From positions 3,264,001 through 3,328,000 of the forward strand of contig CAVWLP010000002.1 in the NCBI GenBank assembly GCA_963755915.1: a DNA stretch of 64,000 nucleotides, in the 5' to 3' direction. This document shows, one piece after another, positions 10,929-23,700 of the stretch. The notes under the pieces were generated by a model. The model was not told the DNA's origin. It made no database searches and saw only the letters and a program-made list of their open reading frames with translations. Numbering within the stretch: the first letter of the stretch is position 1; every line of letters begins with the position of its first letter. Source of the DNA: an uncultured Phycisphaerales bacterium. Its GTDB lineage: Bacteria; Planctomycetota; Phycisphaerae; Tepidisphaerales; Tepidisphaeraceae. The translations under genes were made by a program, and so were the position numbers.

Positions 10929-12098
10929 ATGCAAATCCTCTCACGTAAACCGCGATCTAACGTGCGTCTATCGACCGAACTGGAAGATTTGATCCGAGAA
11001 GCCATCTCCACCGGAAAGCTGAAGCCGGGACAGAAGCTTGGATCGGCCAAGGAATTGGCCAAGCAATGGAAAACCAGCTACGGCGCGGTCAGGCAGTCGC
11101 TAGAAACCCTCGCGGTAAAGGGACTTCTGGAGCGCCGGGCAAGAGCGGGAACATTCGTGAGTTCAGATCCCGAAATGATCGGTGCGGGCAAGACCACCAG
11201 AAGCAACGCTATTGGCCTGCTGGTACCCGACATCCGAATCCCCGAATACAGCATGGTCACCCGATGCGTGCAGGATGCTGCCAATCAAGCGGGACTCGAA
11301 GTGCTGGTCAGCAGTACTGACAATGAAAGATCCCGCTACGATCAGAGCATCCTGCGTCACCTGCACGCGGGCGTCGGCGGATTAATCCTCACTTCTCCGC
11401 ACCAATCGAAAATATCGCTTCAGGTTCTACTCGATATCGAAAAAAGCGGGATTCCTGCCGTCAATTATGCTCGGACGATCGATGTTGTGCGCTGGCCGAC
11501 GGTTCAATCGAACCTCTTTCGCGTCACGTATCTCGCTATTCAGCACCTGTGCGAACTGGGGCGTGAGCACATTGCGTTCTTTACTTATGGAAGCCCCGAA
11601 GTCCATTTCACCGAAACACATTATGGCCTGTACCGTGCGATCGCAGATTCCGGACTTTCCGCCAGAAATGTTGCTGAATTCACAATTCCGGACTCTTTTT
11701 ATCTCAATGGCTGGACCGACAACCAGGCGCTGGCGCGAGCTATCGATGAGTGGCTCGACCAGAATCCGAAAATCGACGCGATTTGCTGCATGCACGACCA
11801 CATTGCCGCGGTCGTACTTGGCCTTCTCCAGCAGCGATCGATCCGTGTGCCGGACGATATCGCCGTTACCGGCTGTGGCAATCTAGCCAGAATGTTCGGA
11901 CTTCCACCAGGAACGCTGACCACTGTTGATACGCACGTGGACAAGGCCGCGGTAGAGATGATTCGTCTGCTCCAATCACCACCTGACGACGTCAAATCCG
12001 ATAGCCAACTTTCCGTAATAACCATTCCCCCCGAGCTTGTATTGGGAAATTCAACCCGTGTGAACGGAGGTTCCCTCGCATCAAAACAAGATGCTTGA
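10929..12098 (+). CDS. GntR-HTH / LacI-type sugar-binding domain transcriptional regulator (AraR-like)
   Basis: LKPGQKLGSAKELAKQW...VRQSLETL...GTFV followed by a periplasmic-binding-protein-like domain (RVPDDIAVTG...LTTVD). Confidence 0.9.
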   Translation: MQILSRKPRSNVRLSTELEDLIREAISTGKLKPGQKLGSAKELAKQWKTSYGAVRQSLETLAVKGLLERRARAGTFVSSDPEMIGAGKTTRSNAIGLLVPDIRIPEYSMVTRCVQDAANQAGLEVLVSSTDNERSRYDQSILRHLHAGVGGLILTSPHQSKISLQVLLDIEKSGIPAVNYARTIDVVRWPTVQSNLFRVTYLAIQHLCELGREHIAFFTYGSPEVHFTETHYGLYRAIADSGLSARNVAEFTIPDSFYLNGWTDNQALARAIDEWLDQNPKIDAICCMHDHIAAVVLGLLQQRSIRVPDDIAVTGCGNLARMFGLPPGTLTTVDTHVDKAAVEMIRLLQSPPDDVKSDSQLSVITIPPELVLGNSTRVNGGSLASKQDA

Positions 12099-12168
12099 TG
12101 GAGAGCTACACAATCGTGTGGATTGTGTGGGCGAAAATGCACCTTTTCTTCTAATACAGGTTTATGTC

Positions 12169-13044
12169 ATGAAAGCAATTATATATGCGGGTTTAGCGGC
12201 CATAGTACCAGGCCTGTTTCTCAAGAGCGCTTCCGCGGATGTGATTCCAACGGAGCCTTATACGTATTTCGCGGATAACTTTGATTCCCAAACCATTCCA
12301 CTGGGTGCTCCCCAGGTTGGAAACGGGTACAGCACTGCCGGAACTACGGGCAGCCCGTTCAGTCTCTCGACAAATCCGGCGCTTGGCACCCAGTCGCTGG
12401 AGGTTCAGCGTAATACCAATCCGCCTCCGCCGTTTCCCAACCCGACGCTAGCTGCAGAGTCGCTTAACGGCGCGCTGGTCGATGGTAACACTGTCGTCTT
12501 TAGTTGGGATGAGTACGCGAACTACTTGTACAACGCTCCGATTCAGGTCCAGCTTGGCTACAGCCCCCTGAGTACGGGTGTGCTCGAGTTCGTTGGAGTT
12601 AATGACCTACCGGCCGGCGACATCTTCTACACCAATTCGAGCGGAACCCAGGTCTCCACCGGCGTCCATCCGTCTTTGAACGCGTGGGACCACCTTACCG
12701 TGGTCATGAACTTGTCCGAGTTCGTTGTGGCCGGTGGTCCCAATTACATGACAGGAACAATGGATTTCTGGGTTGCCCAAAATGGGGGACCGGAAACCGA
12801 GCTGGCGAGCGATGTTGCGTTGCCGTATGCGCAAATCCCGGCGGCAGATATTGTAGACGGGCTCGATCCATCGACTTCAGCGACGCTTCAGATTCAGAAG
12901 GGATCGTCCTCCGGAATCGACTATTACGACAACCTCAGCATCACCGGAGCGGACGCGCCGACGTTCGTTCCTGAGCCGGTGTCGCTAATGGGTCTGGTGG
13001 TTTGCAGTATTTTTGGTTTTTCACGCCGAACCGTTCGGCGTTGA
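12169..13044 (+). CDS. PEP-CTERM surface protein with a beta-sandwich domain
   Basis: Signal peptide MKAIIYAGLAAIV...; C-terminal VPEP, hydrophobic stretch, RRTVRR. Confidence 0.85.
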   Translation: MKAIIYAGLAAIVPGLFLKSASADVIPTEPYTYFADNFDSQTIPLGAPQVGNGYSTAGTTGSPFSLSTNPALGTQSLEVQRNTNPPPPFPNPTLAAESLNGALVDGNTVVFSWDEYANYLYNAPIQVQLGYSPLSTGVLEFVGVNDLPAGDIFYTNSSGTQVSTGVHPSLNAWDHLTVVMNLSEFVVAGGPNYMTGTMDFWVAQNGGPETELASDVALPYAQIPAADIVDGLDPSTSATLQIQKGSSSGIDYYDNLSITGADAPTFVPEPVSLMGLVVCSIFGFSRRTVRR

Positions 13045-13218
13045 TTCCTTCGATGCGGTGCCTCGCATCGCCCTGATGCGGGGCATCGCTTCTCTTTCAG
13101 ACCAGACGACCTCCTGGCCAGTTTTCCTTCGGGCGGCGGAACGAGTTAAGGATAAGGATTATTTGTCATGCTTTACTCTTGCACTCGAAACCATGTCGTC
13201 CGAACCAAAGGTGGATCT

Positions 13219-14001
13219 ATGCGTCGAACACATAGTCCAGGATTCACGCTCGTGGAATTACTGGTTGTCATCGGAATCATCGCTGTGCTTGTCGGCATTC
13301 TACTGCCCGCTCTCACCAAGGCCCGAAAACAGGCTTATACGGTGCAGTGCGCTTCCAATCTTCGTCAGATTGGTATAGCGACTTTGGAGTACTCGAATGA
13401 TTGGGGGGGTGTGCTGATGCCACTGGACCATCCGTTCAATCCACCTCCTTTTCCGCTTGCTCCTTACGACACATGGTTCTGGGATCTCGACAAATACGTG
13501 GGTCTTCCGGATCCAACGGCCGCCAATATCAATTCGATCGACACTATGACTGACGGAAGTGGCGGCAATGTTCGTTTGTTTCACTGCCCATCCCAAGTTG
13601 ATGATTTTGAATTTCAGGGAACTGGATTTAGATACGGGATGAACATTTTCATTTGCAGCTTGGTGCAGGGGAGGGCGTATATCCAACTGAACAAGATTAA
13701 CCAAATACGTCACGCGGCAGACATTATCTACATCACCGACTCAATGGATGCCAACGGCGCAAGCCAGGATCCACGCTTTCTCTATAACACACCTTATCAG
13801 GATGCGTACTTTATTTATTCAAGATGCTGGGGCTTGCCATATGACATTCCTCCTTCGAATCGTCACTCCGGCGGCTCCAATGTTCTGTATCTTGACGGCT
13901 CGGTCCGACTCATGGGGCTGAACGACATCTTCCCGTACTACAACGAGCCCTACGACAATCCGCAGTCGAGAATGTGGGATTACCGGCTTTCCCAGGGTTG
14001 A
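13219..14001 (+). CDS. Prepilin-type N-terminal cleavage/methylation protein (DUF1559-like, H-X9-DG)
   Basis: [54 protein letters not shown]. Confidence 0.92.
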   Translation: MRRTHSPGFTLVELLVVIGIIAVLVGILLPALTKARKQAYTVQCASNLRQIGIATLEYSNDWGGVLMPLDHPFNPPPFPLAPYDTWFWDLDKYVGLPDPTAANINSIDTMTDGSGGNVRLFHCPSQVDDFEFQGTGFRYGMNIFICSLVQGRAYIQLNKINQIRHAADIIYITDSMDANGASQDPRFLYNTPYQDAYFIYSRCWGLPYDIPPSNRHSGGSNVLYLDGSVRLMGLNDIFPYYNEPYDNPQSRMWDYRLSQG

Positions 14002-14037
14002 CTCTTGCCTTCGCAGTCCGGCGCTTGCAAGAGACGT

Positions 14038-14886
14038 ATGCAATCCACTGAAACAAGACCCGAGAGTTTGACCGCCACCATCGGCGATCTGCTGGTTCGA
14101 ATTGACGGGCCCAAACTCTGGACATTGAGCCGCATCGAATGGCGCGGAAAGCTGATGGCCGTCGAGGATAGCTGCTACGGGACGACGATCATGGTTCCGG
14201 GCGTGGGCCCGATCGGGTCAGGACATTATGAAGTTGAATCGGAAAACGTGACTGAGCTGAGTTTTTCCATCGATGATCAACCGCTCAATTCGATTTCGTC
14301 AACCATGAATATTCGAGGCGATTATTTTCGCGTGAATCGAAAATCGACGATGCGATCGTTGGGATTGGATTCAATGCTGGAAGTGCAAGGCGACACCATC
14401 GTCCAGTCCGTGCACATTACCAATAACCGTCCCATCGAACTCACCGCTCTTTATCCCCTCATGTACGCATGGGCCCCGAGCTGTACTTCTTTCATATTCG
14501 GATGCGAAGACGGCCAGGAAGTCGAAAGACGCTTTCTGACCGAGCGGCAAGAAAAAGCGCAATACACGTTTCAGCGAGGCGCCCGATGGGCAGCCGTTTA
14601 TGATGCGGACAATGGCATCGGTAGCGTCACCCGCGTCCTCGCGGAGGCAACCACCGGAGACAGGGTCTTTCTGCTCTCCGACGCTCCGGAAATCTATCGC
14701 AAGCTTTATTTGAAATGTTTCTCCGACTCCGTAATCCCCGCCGGATTCGACGGCAAGTACCGCGTGATCCTCGGGTTCTTCACTGCAAATCAGGATAACT
14801 GGAAATTACGAGCGAGAGATCGTGCACGCGAACTCGGTGTATCTGAATCGCGATCTGTTTATCAGCGTCAAGGGGCGACGAAGTGA
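14038..14886 (+). CDS. Hypothetical beta-rich protein
   Basis: Long ORF in operon context, overlapping the next start; no recognised motif. Confidence 0.65.
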   Translation: MQSTETRPESLTATIGDLLVRIDGPKLWTLSRIEWRGKLMAVEDSCYGTTIMVPGVGPIGSGHYEVESENVTELSFSIDDQPLNSISSTMNIRGDYFRVNRKSTMRSLGLDSMLEVQGDTIVQSVHITNNRPIELTALYPLMYAWAPSCTSFIFGCEDGQEVERRFLTERQEKAQYTFQRGARWAAVYDADNGIGSVTRVLAEATTGDRVFLLSDAPEIYRKLYLKCFSDSVIPAGFDGKYRVILGFFTANQDNWKLRARDRARELGVSESRSVYQRQGATK

Positions 14887-17578
14887 ATCACAAACTTGGA
14901 GCCTCTTCAATGCGACCAATTGTGCTGGCTGTATTAGTTCTCGGCGCACTCAGCGCTGCCGCCTCCGCTCAACCAGCCCCTTTCAACATGTACGTCATCC
15001 CCAGTTGGGGCGATATGACATTTGTTTATGGTCCCGGCACGGACCCCGCGATGGAAAACGAGCCGGACATGGAAGCAATGGTCCGGCATTGGAAGGATCG
15101 AGGGTTCACCGGCATATTCCTCCGATCCGATCTCAGGCAGTTCCCCCCGGGATCCATCATTCGAAACTCCGCGAACTCGCAGAAAGAGTCCACTCTCGCC
15201 ATCGCCTGGCACATCATCGACGAGGTGCAGGCAAAGTGTGATCCGCACCTCGCCCTCAGCGAGGCTTCGAAGAAGCTCGGGTTCGAATATTGGATCTGGC
15301 ACCCCTACATCTATAGCGACGGCGCACCCCCAAATGTGGGAGTTCCAGGCCCCGGCCGCATGGTCCCATGGTCCTACATGCGCACCTATCAGTACCAGCA
15401 CCCGGAAGTCATCTCCGTCGATCGCGAAGGCAACAAGCAGTGGATGGTCCCCGAATACGCATACCCCGGCGCCGCGCCGACAAGGTCAACGAATTTGCCT
15501 ACATGGCCCGCACCTATCATCCCACCGGAATCATGGCATCGATGCGCAGTGAGTCGAGCCAGTTGATCGATCCCCCCAATAGCGGCGACCAGTACGGCTT
15601 TAACCAGCCCATCGTCGACGCCATGAAAGCCAAGTACAACGTAGACATCCTCACCGATCCGCGTTTCGACTATAAGTCTCCCTCTTTCAACATCCACGAC
15701 CCCATGGTCGAAAACTGGCGCGATCTGCGCGGCACCTACATCACTCAGCTCTACCGCGAAATACGCCAGGCAATGAAGGCCGCCGACCCGAACGTAAAAT
15801 TCGCTGTCTGCCTGTCCGGCGAATACGTCGGCCCCATCATCGGCAACGCCAAACTGGAATGGCGCAAGTGGATCGACGAAGGCATTGTCGATGCGATTGC
15901 CTTGCCGGTTACTTTTGAAGCAACCTACGATCTTGACGCGTCCAACAAAGGTTATCTAACCGACGTTCGCGCAGGCGTGGGGTCGGTAACTACCGATGAG
16001 GTAAAGCAGTACATTCTTCACAGCGCCCATCCTGAAATTAAGGTGATCGAAACCGGCGCACCCGCCTATTTCTACCCCCCTCCGGCCCGGGGCGCCGATG
16101 CCTGGCAGTGCGACATCTGGTATGACACCTACGATATCGCCTGGGCCCAGCGCTGGCAGCAATGGATGAGCGACCTGCGCCAGACCGGTTCCATCAAGTT
16201 CTTCGCCCAAACTTTCGACGATTTCCCCGTGAAAAGCACTGGAATCTCCGGCGGATATGGCGATGGACGATATAATCCCGATCTTCACGCCTGTCCCGGC
16301 GTCTGGTATCCACTCGGCGACGGGTCAAGCGCGCTCGCCTATGTCCAGCAGGATGTCCATCGGGGAGATACCGGTAATGCGATCGAGCTAACCGGAAAGG
16401 ATGTCATGGCAGTTCATCAATGCTGCCCTGATCGAAGCTTGTATGCCGGGACAAACGACACCGCCATCGCCAACGGCAAAGCCACTTTTTCCTTCTGGAT
16501 CAATCGCCAGACCGCTCAAAGTGCGCTTACTGTCTATTTCACCGGCACCACCAATTATGAGAAGGATGTAGCTGTTCGCGTTGAGCCCGGATCGGGAAAT
16601 CTCTCCTATGCCGATCATAGCAATTGGGTAAAAACTGATCAGGTCGTTCCCGTCGGCACGTGGTCAGAGATCACCATTGAAGTGAACCTCGATGCCATGA
16701 CCTATTCCGCGGAATTCGGCGAATCCAGGTCACCAATCTGCCACGATATCGGCATCGCTCCGGCCGTCAAACGATTCGTCGAACTGAACGGCGTAAACCA
16801 ACAAATCGAAGTGCCGTCGTATAGAATCTTCAACGCGTTGATGTTCGTTCCTCCCGAAGGGCAGAAAGACGCCGTCTATCTCGATGACGTGTCGGTGGAT
16901 TGGGTCCCGACCTTGTACTTCTCAGAACCCGGCAAACGCTCGTTCCTCGCCGATACCTTTGAGAACGATTCTGTCGGTTCGTCAGATTTCGGATCAAATT
17001 GGCATGTCGAGAATCCGACCGATTCTCAACGATCGTTTTTCATCCAGAACACGACCTCATTCGGATCTGGTGTTAAATGCGTCGAGGCCAATGGTGGCGG
17101 AAAATTAACCGCCGATTTCGGGCAACAACTCACTCCCGCCTCCGCCAACGGCAAAATCGTCCTCGATCTCGACGTCTTTCTTCGCTCGAACAAGGACTAC
17201 CCTTATCTTCTTCCCGATCCGAGCACCCGATCAGCCCATAGTTTCTCGATTTCGTTCCAACCCTCGGGTTCTGACTCCGCCTTCGTTTCAATAGACAACA
17301 ATGGCGGAACCTGGCGCCTTTGGAACGGCACCCAATTCATCGACACCGGCAAACTGGTCACTTACGACGTTTGGCAGCATCTGCAGGTTGCCGTCGATCT
17401 GAACTCGAAAACTTACGCGCTCGTCGCCCAACCCGTCGGCGGCCTTCCGACACCCATCGGAAGCACGGGTTTCAGCAATACTCTGGACAACAACCAGAGC
17501 ATTCAATTGGTCATCAAGCCCTCGAAAGAGCCGGATCACATTAGCTGTTATGACAACGTGGTTGTAACAAGCAACTGA
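14883..17578 (+). CDS. Secreted GHL10-like hydrolase with two C-terminal beta-sandwich domains; 1-nt frameshift near 15473
   Basis: ORFs 14883-15566 and 15368-17578 join as PEYAYPGA/RADKVNEF if one base is restored. Contains GFNQPIVDAMKAKYNVDILT and WRDLRGTYITQLYREIR, as in the two paralogues. Confidence 0.75.
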
Positions 17579-17611
17579 GAGTGGTTTTATAGTTGTACGC
17601 GGTGGCGGAAT

Positions 17612-18313
17612 ATGAATTCATATATTGAGGAGTTCGATCAAGGTCCTGGAGGCTGGCTGAAGATTGTCGACAACTGGCATGTTCCGGCGCCATTGCCGGT
17701 TCATGACAGTGCAGTCTGGTGCTACGGCCCATGGTGGGTTGACTATAACCATGCCCCTCCGGGAGGGGGGTACCTCCAGTTGTTAGCCTGCCTGGCGACT
17801 CGGGGCCCTGTGGGTGAAGTCGCCCGCGAGGTCGGCGGAACAAACCGATTTGTGGCGGACAAGTTTCCGTGCAATTTCACCGATGCGACGATTTCGGTTC
17901 GCCTTAAAGGTGAACTCGAGCCCTCCGATTCTAAAGTCTACCTGCTGGTACAGGGGATGCAGGAGGGTGTCTGTTCCGGTTGGGTGCTGACCGGGCAGCC
18001 GATCGAAGTGAAGAAGGAATATTCAGAGACAAGGTTAAAAGCGGTCGGCGACGAGCGGAAGTGGACCAGTTTAGGCGCACGGCACGATCGGCGTGAAACT
18101 TACGGATCCAAGCCGCTGGCGAAGGTCCTGAGCAGTGTAGACGTGAACATCTATCTGGTGTTCTTCAATCTGAAACCCCGACCGATGGGCCCTGTTCAGG
18201 GCGATCCACACATTCTGCGTGCCGGGCGCGACTATCCAATCTGGCCTTCCAGCATCGCCCAGGGTTATGTGGCGATTGACAGAATTCAAATCGATTTTGC
18301 GAGGACTCGATGA
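17612..18313 (+). CDS. Hypothetical protein
   Basis: 233-aa ORF, translationally coupled (ATGA overlap) to the next gene; WWVDYNHAPPGGGYL segment. Confidence 0.7.
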   Translation: MNSYIEEFDQGPGGWLKIVDNWHVPAPLPVHDSAVWCYGPWWVDYNHAPPGGGYLQLLACLATRGPVGEVAREVGGTNRFVADKFPCNFTDATISVRLKGELEPSDSKVYLLVQGMQEGVCSGWVLTGQPIEVKKEYSETRLKAVGDERKWTSLGARHDRRETYGSKPLAKVLSSVDVNIYLVFFNLKPRPMGPVQGDPHILRAGRDYPIWPSSIAQGYVAIDRIQIDFARTR

Positions 18314-20674
18314 GCAACTCCACAATCGTTACTCCAGCGGCCAAGATTCCGTTTTGTTACGATCCGACGCAATTCCAGGTAACCGAGCGCGATCGTGAAC
18401 TATTCGAAAAGTTTTTGGCCAGCTTTGTTCCGCCAGACGCCTTTGATGCGCACGGGCACTGGTATGACCAGCGCATCTTCGCACCGGATGCCGCCGCCGA
18501 ACAATTTGATGGCGGCCCCTGGGTTGGACACCAGCGTTATGAATCGTCGGTCAGTGGCTGGATGGGCGAAAAATGTCCGCGCAACGGTCTGTTTTTTCCA
18601 ATGCCTGCGCGGCTTGGATAGTGCCGCGGCCAATAGACAAATTCTGCAGGAAACCAGCCTATACGCGGGAAGCCGCTGCCTGCTCATGGTCACGCCAAAC
18701 GGCGATCCGGCCGATGTGGAAAGACAGGTTCGAAATCGGGCGGTAGCGGGTTTCAAGGTATACCACCTCTTCGCCAGAAGACCGGACTCGTTCAACGCGC
18801 CGCCCGAAGAGTACATTCCGCAATGGGCCTGGGAATTGGCCGATCAGCATGGTCTTAGCATCCTGCTGCATATCGTGATGCAACGATCTCTGGCGGAACC
18901 GCAGAATCAGCAATATATCCGCAAGAATTGCACTCGGTTTCCCAACGCGCGGCTGATTCTCGCGCACGCAGGCAGAGGCTTTTGCGGACGACATACCGTC
19001 GAAGGGATTGACGCTTTGCGCGGGTTGGGCAACCTGTATTTTGACACTTCGGTTGCGTGTGAGCCGGAAGCGATACAGGCAATCATCGCCGCGTTCGGAT
19101 GCAGACGGCTTATGTTCGGCACCGACTTTCCGCTCTCAGAAATACATGCAAGAGCGGTGAACCTTGGCGACGGATTTCAATGGCTGTATGAGCACGAAAT
19201 GTCGCCGTCCGACGCGGACAAGTGCACGTTGGCCGGAATCGAATCGCTCCTGGCGCTTAAACAGGCATGCCAAACCTTGCACCTGTCGGATTCCGATGTT
19301 GAGCAGATATTCAGGACAAACGCCCTCTACTTGCTGAACCTTCGCGCGAGACCCGCCACGGATAACGATGCAAACCAGACGCTGTACCGAGAGGCAAAGC
19401 AATTCATTCCGGGGGGAGTACAGCTCCTCAGCAAACGGCCCGAACAATACGCGCCGGACAAGTGGCCGGCGTATTTCAGCGAGGCGCGGGGCTGCGAAGT
19501 ATTTGATTTGGAGGGACGAAGATATTTGGATTTTGCAACGAACGGAATTGGCAGTTGCCTGTTGGGATATGCGCATCCCGGGGTCACGGCTGCAGTGCTG
19601 CGGCGCGTTCAGCTTGGATCGATGTCGACGCTGAATAGCCCCGAAGAAGTTGAACTTGCCCGAATACTTATAGGAATGCACCCGTGGGCGCAGAAAATTC
19701 GCCTGGGACGAAGCGGGGGTGAGGCACTCGCGATCGCGGTGCGCATTGCTCGAGCCGCTACACGCCGAGATGTTGTCGCCTTCTGCGGATACCACGGGTG
19801 GTCCGACTGGTACCTGGCGGCCAACCTCGGCGACGGGAACGCCTTGGAGGGTCATCTCCTTTCCGGTTTGAATCCCGCAGGAGTTCCACAAGCGCTGCGC
19901 GGAACCGCGCTTCCATTCGCTTACAACAAGATTGATGAGCTCAAGAAGATCGCCAGGGAGCACGGCGGCCGTTTGGCCGCTGTCGTGATGGAGCCCTTGC
20001 GGGCGGTGATGCCGGTCGACGGGTTTCTGCAGGAAGTTCGCCAGCTTTGCGATGAATCCGGATCGCGACTTATTTTTGACGAAGTCACCACCGGTTTTCG
20101 CCTGCATCGCGGCGGTGTGCATCTGGGACTCGGAGTTAATCCAGATGTCGCGGTGTTCGCCAAGGCATTGGGCAACGGACATCCGATCGCAGCCATCATC
20201 GGTAAAGCGTCTACGATGGATGCGGCCCAGGGATCGTTTATTTCAAGCACGTATTGGACCGAAGGCGTCGGCCCCACGGCGGCGACGGCAGTTTTGCGGG
20301 AGATGAATCAAATCGATCTCCCGGCCCACGTTCGACGCATCGGGACATCCGTTCGTCAGATTCTGAGCGCGCTTGCTGCTTCAGGAAATGTTCCTCTGCA
20401 GTTGACTGGGGCGCCGGCCCAGACATACCTGGGCTTCGATCACCCAGAGGCAAATGCTCTCATGACGCTATTCACGACGCGCATGCTGGACAAAGGCTTT
20501 CTATGCGGCGGCGCCTTTTATCCGACCTTGGCGCACAACGACCAGGCGATCGAAGCATTTGCACAAGCGGCGGAGCCGGTGCTGGCCGAATTGTCACAAG
20601 CGATTCGCGCGGGCGATGTCATGCAGCGGATTGGCGGAAAGGTACGGCATTCGGGCTTTCGTCGTTTGAACTGA
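18310..20674 (+). CDS. Amidohydrolase-2 / class III aminotransferase (GSA-aminomutase-like) fusion; frameshift near 18610
   Basis: FDAHGH, GFKVYH, LILAHAG, YFDTS, MFGTDFP, then SGGEA, GYHGW, LIFDEVTTGFR, VFAKALGNG (PLP lysine). Confidence 0.85.
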
Positions 20675-20708
20675 CCCGATCAGTGTTTTTGTTGGAGCGG
20701 GAGTTTTT

Positions 20709-23700
20709 ATGCCTTTCTTACATAACAGTTTGAGCCCTCGTACAAAACGCATTCTGTTCCTTGCGGCGGCGGCGGGGCTGTCGAACTGCATCGCAAGGCC
20801 ATCGATAGTGATGGCGCAGTACAATGCCGATCAATACGTCAGCACCGGTGATAACCTGTTGGAGGGACAGGATCTGCCGATGGACGATGCGGCTGCCATA
20901 ACGGACTCATTCAACCTGATGAAAGCCCTATATGGCACGCAGACCGTTTATTGGCGCGGACTGCAGGAGAGTTCTTACGTCGATACGGTGCCTCGAACGG
21001 ACAACGTCTACATCAATTCGGTCGTCCAGAACTCCACGAACCTTCTGAATAACCAGAACCTGAATCAGACCGCCGTCCAAATCGCTCACTCGCTGGGGAT
21101 GCAGATTTGGGGAACCACCCAACTCTATGACTGGGGAGTACCGGCAAACGATTCGATTTTTTACGGCTATCCCGGCGACTATCAAACGACCTTCGCCGCG
21201 CAAAACCCCCAGTGGGCACCGGTCAACCAATACGGAAACGAGGTTCAGGGCGGGGCGCTCGAACTGGCCTATGCAGGTGCGCGATCAGACATCCTCAACT
21301 GGACGATGAATGCAGTAAACCAGGCCGGATATGACGGTGTTTTGTTCATGAGCTACCAGGAAAATTTCACAAACAAATACAACAATGAATTTGGATATAG
21401 CGCTCCGGTGGTCAACGCATACGAACAGATGTACGGCGTCAATATTCTCACGAATCCCAATTTCAACCAACAGGAGTGGTACAACCTGCGCGGCAGTTAC
21501 ACCACGACGTTTCTCGGCCAGATGGAAAGCGCACTCTCTTCCGACGGCAAGCAGCTTGGCATGGCGCTGGGCGCGACCAACCCGAGCCAGGGAACGTACT
21601 GGGACGGCGAAACCTTTGCCGACGCCGGCAACATGACGCTGGCATGGCAGACCTGGGCACAGCAAGGGGATGTCAACCGATTGGTGGTCTGGGGAAGTGA
21701 CCCAGACACCTTTAACACGGTGGTCGCCGGCGTGCAGGGCACCGGCGTGCAGGTATCAATGGTAACCAGCCAGCCTTATGCTTCGTCTGTCCAGCCTGTC
21801 GGTACGGAGGGGGGAAATATCATTGGTGCAATGAACACGGATGTGGAATATCTGCTTGACAGCAATATGGCAACTCAGCCCATCAGCGCGCTCAGCTCCA
21901 GCAACGAGTACCAGCGGATGCACGTTCTCGCCCAGATCGCGGCGGGTCAGACAACTGCCACATCGGCCGAGGTTTTGCCGCTGCTGAACGATTCGAACAT
22001 CATCACCGTGCGATTGGCCCTCACGGCGCTGGGCACGATCGCCGATCCATCTTCAGTCTCCTCGATTGAGGGCGAGCTCACGAACTCAGAGGAAGCGATC
22101 CGCACCGCCGCCGTCTATGCTCTTGAAGGGGTCAACGGACCCAACAGCGCCCAGGCAATTCTCAACGCCGTCGCCGAATATGGAGAACCGAACTTTGATA
22201 CCGGCGCCGTGGCGGTTTTGAGCGATATTTCGACCGATTTACCACTTCTGCAAAGTTCGATGAGCAGTTCGAACAATTTGGTACGTGACATTGCCATGCA
22301 ATCGATCTATTCGTTCACCGGGGCGGTGCCCTCGTCGATGCTGTCGACAATAACTGCCGGACTATCCGACTCACAGGAGTATGTTCGCAGGTATGCGGTC
22401 GATGCGCTGGGGCGAATTTCGGACGACCCGACCGGGGTCTCAACGCTAATGGGTCTTCTGACCAACACTGACCCGGATCTTTCCGATCAGGCTGCCAGCA
22501 CGCTAAGCACAATGCTTATAACGCACGACCCAGCCGCCGCAGCAGACCGATCGCAAATCGTTACCGACATAACCGCTCTCTTTGAACAGTTCGACACCGG
22601 AAGCACGCGCAGCGATGCGTCTTGGGGATACGAGCCAGTCGGCGAGGCCCTCAAGGCGCTAGTGCCGGATGGGCTCACGCAGCTCGTCGACCTGATGAAT
22701 CAGCGCAACGACGAAACGATTTCCATGAATGCCTGGAACATCATATATGAGCCGCAGACGCCGGGATCGCTCCCCTCAATGACCCAAGCGCAGGACGCGT
22801 ACGCCCAGTTCAAAGCGCCAGTCTGGACGTCCACCGTCGCTTCAGCCGATTCCTTCGACACAAAAGTAAATGGCTCGCAAATCAACGGCCAGACCGACCA
22901 GCTCGGCAACACTTGGACCGTCGTGCAGGGAAACGCCTCGGGTCAGACCATCCAGTCCACCGTGAATCACGGCGGACAAGCGCTGGAGACTACTGCCCCG
23001 GTCGGCGGAAATACTCTCATAACCCTTGCCAGCAACGGGTTCTACGGCCAGGCCCGCGGACTCTCCACCTACATCGCCAAAGCAGATATGCTTCGCCCGA
23101 CAACAACCGATCTCACCACCTTCGGCGTTGACGTCGGAACCGCAAGCACTGAAGCTCAAGTCACAATCGGCGCTAATTCCTACTACGAAGTTTGGGAAAC
23201 CAATGGAACTGCGAACGGCGGCTCGTATGTTCCCACAAACTTCCAGGCAGGCACTGGCGGTTGGGAAAACATCCAGATCGTCATCCATTGGAATGCGGTT
23301 GCCGGCCTGGCCACAAGCGGCGATTCCACCATCACCGGCGATTACGACGTCTATCTCTCGTGCGCTGCGGGCGACTCGCTCGGATACCTCCCGCAGACAA
23401 TGATCGCCAGCGACATCCCGCTCTATAATGTCACTGAACAGATGGCGCAGAGCTTGTTCATTTCTGATCAATCAAACGGCGTAAACGGCGTCACGACCTA
23501 TTGGGACAACGTCTCGCTGACTTTGGCGCCGGCAACTGGTACCGCAAGCGTGCCGATGACCCCGCTAAGCTGGGACAACGCCGGCGCGGCAACTGGCTTC
23601 GGCACCGACACTGTCTGGGATACCGGCGTCAGCCAGAATTGGAGCAACGGCAGCGGGTATCCTACGACCTACGCCGACGGATCGCCGGTGACGTTCAACG

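Noticed and set aside
10605-10934. N-terminal extensions of ORFs 9333-10934 and 10851-12098
   Set aside because: They overlap each other and the promoter region; family homology starts at MNQPY and MQILS.
19380-20674. Calling the aminotransferase hemL
   Set aside because: It is fused to an amidohydrolase and sits in a sugar locus; family similarity only.
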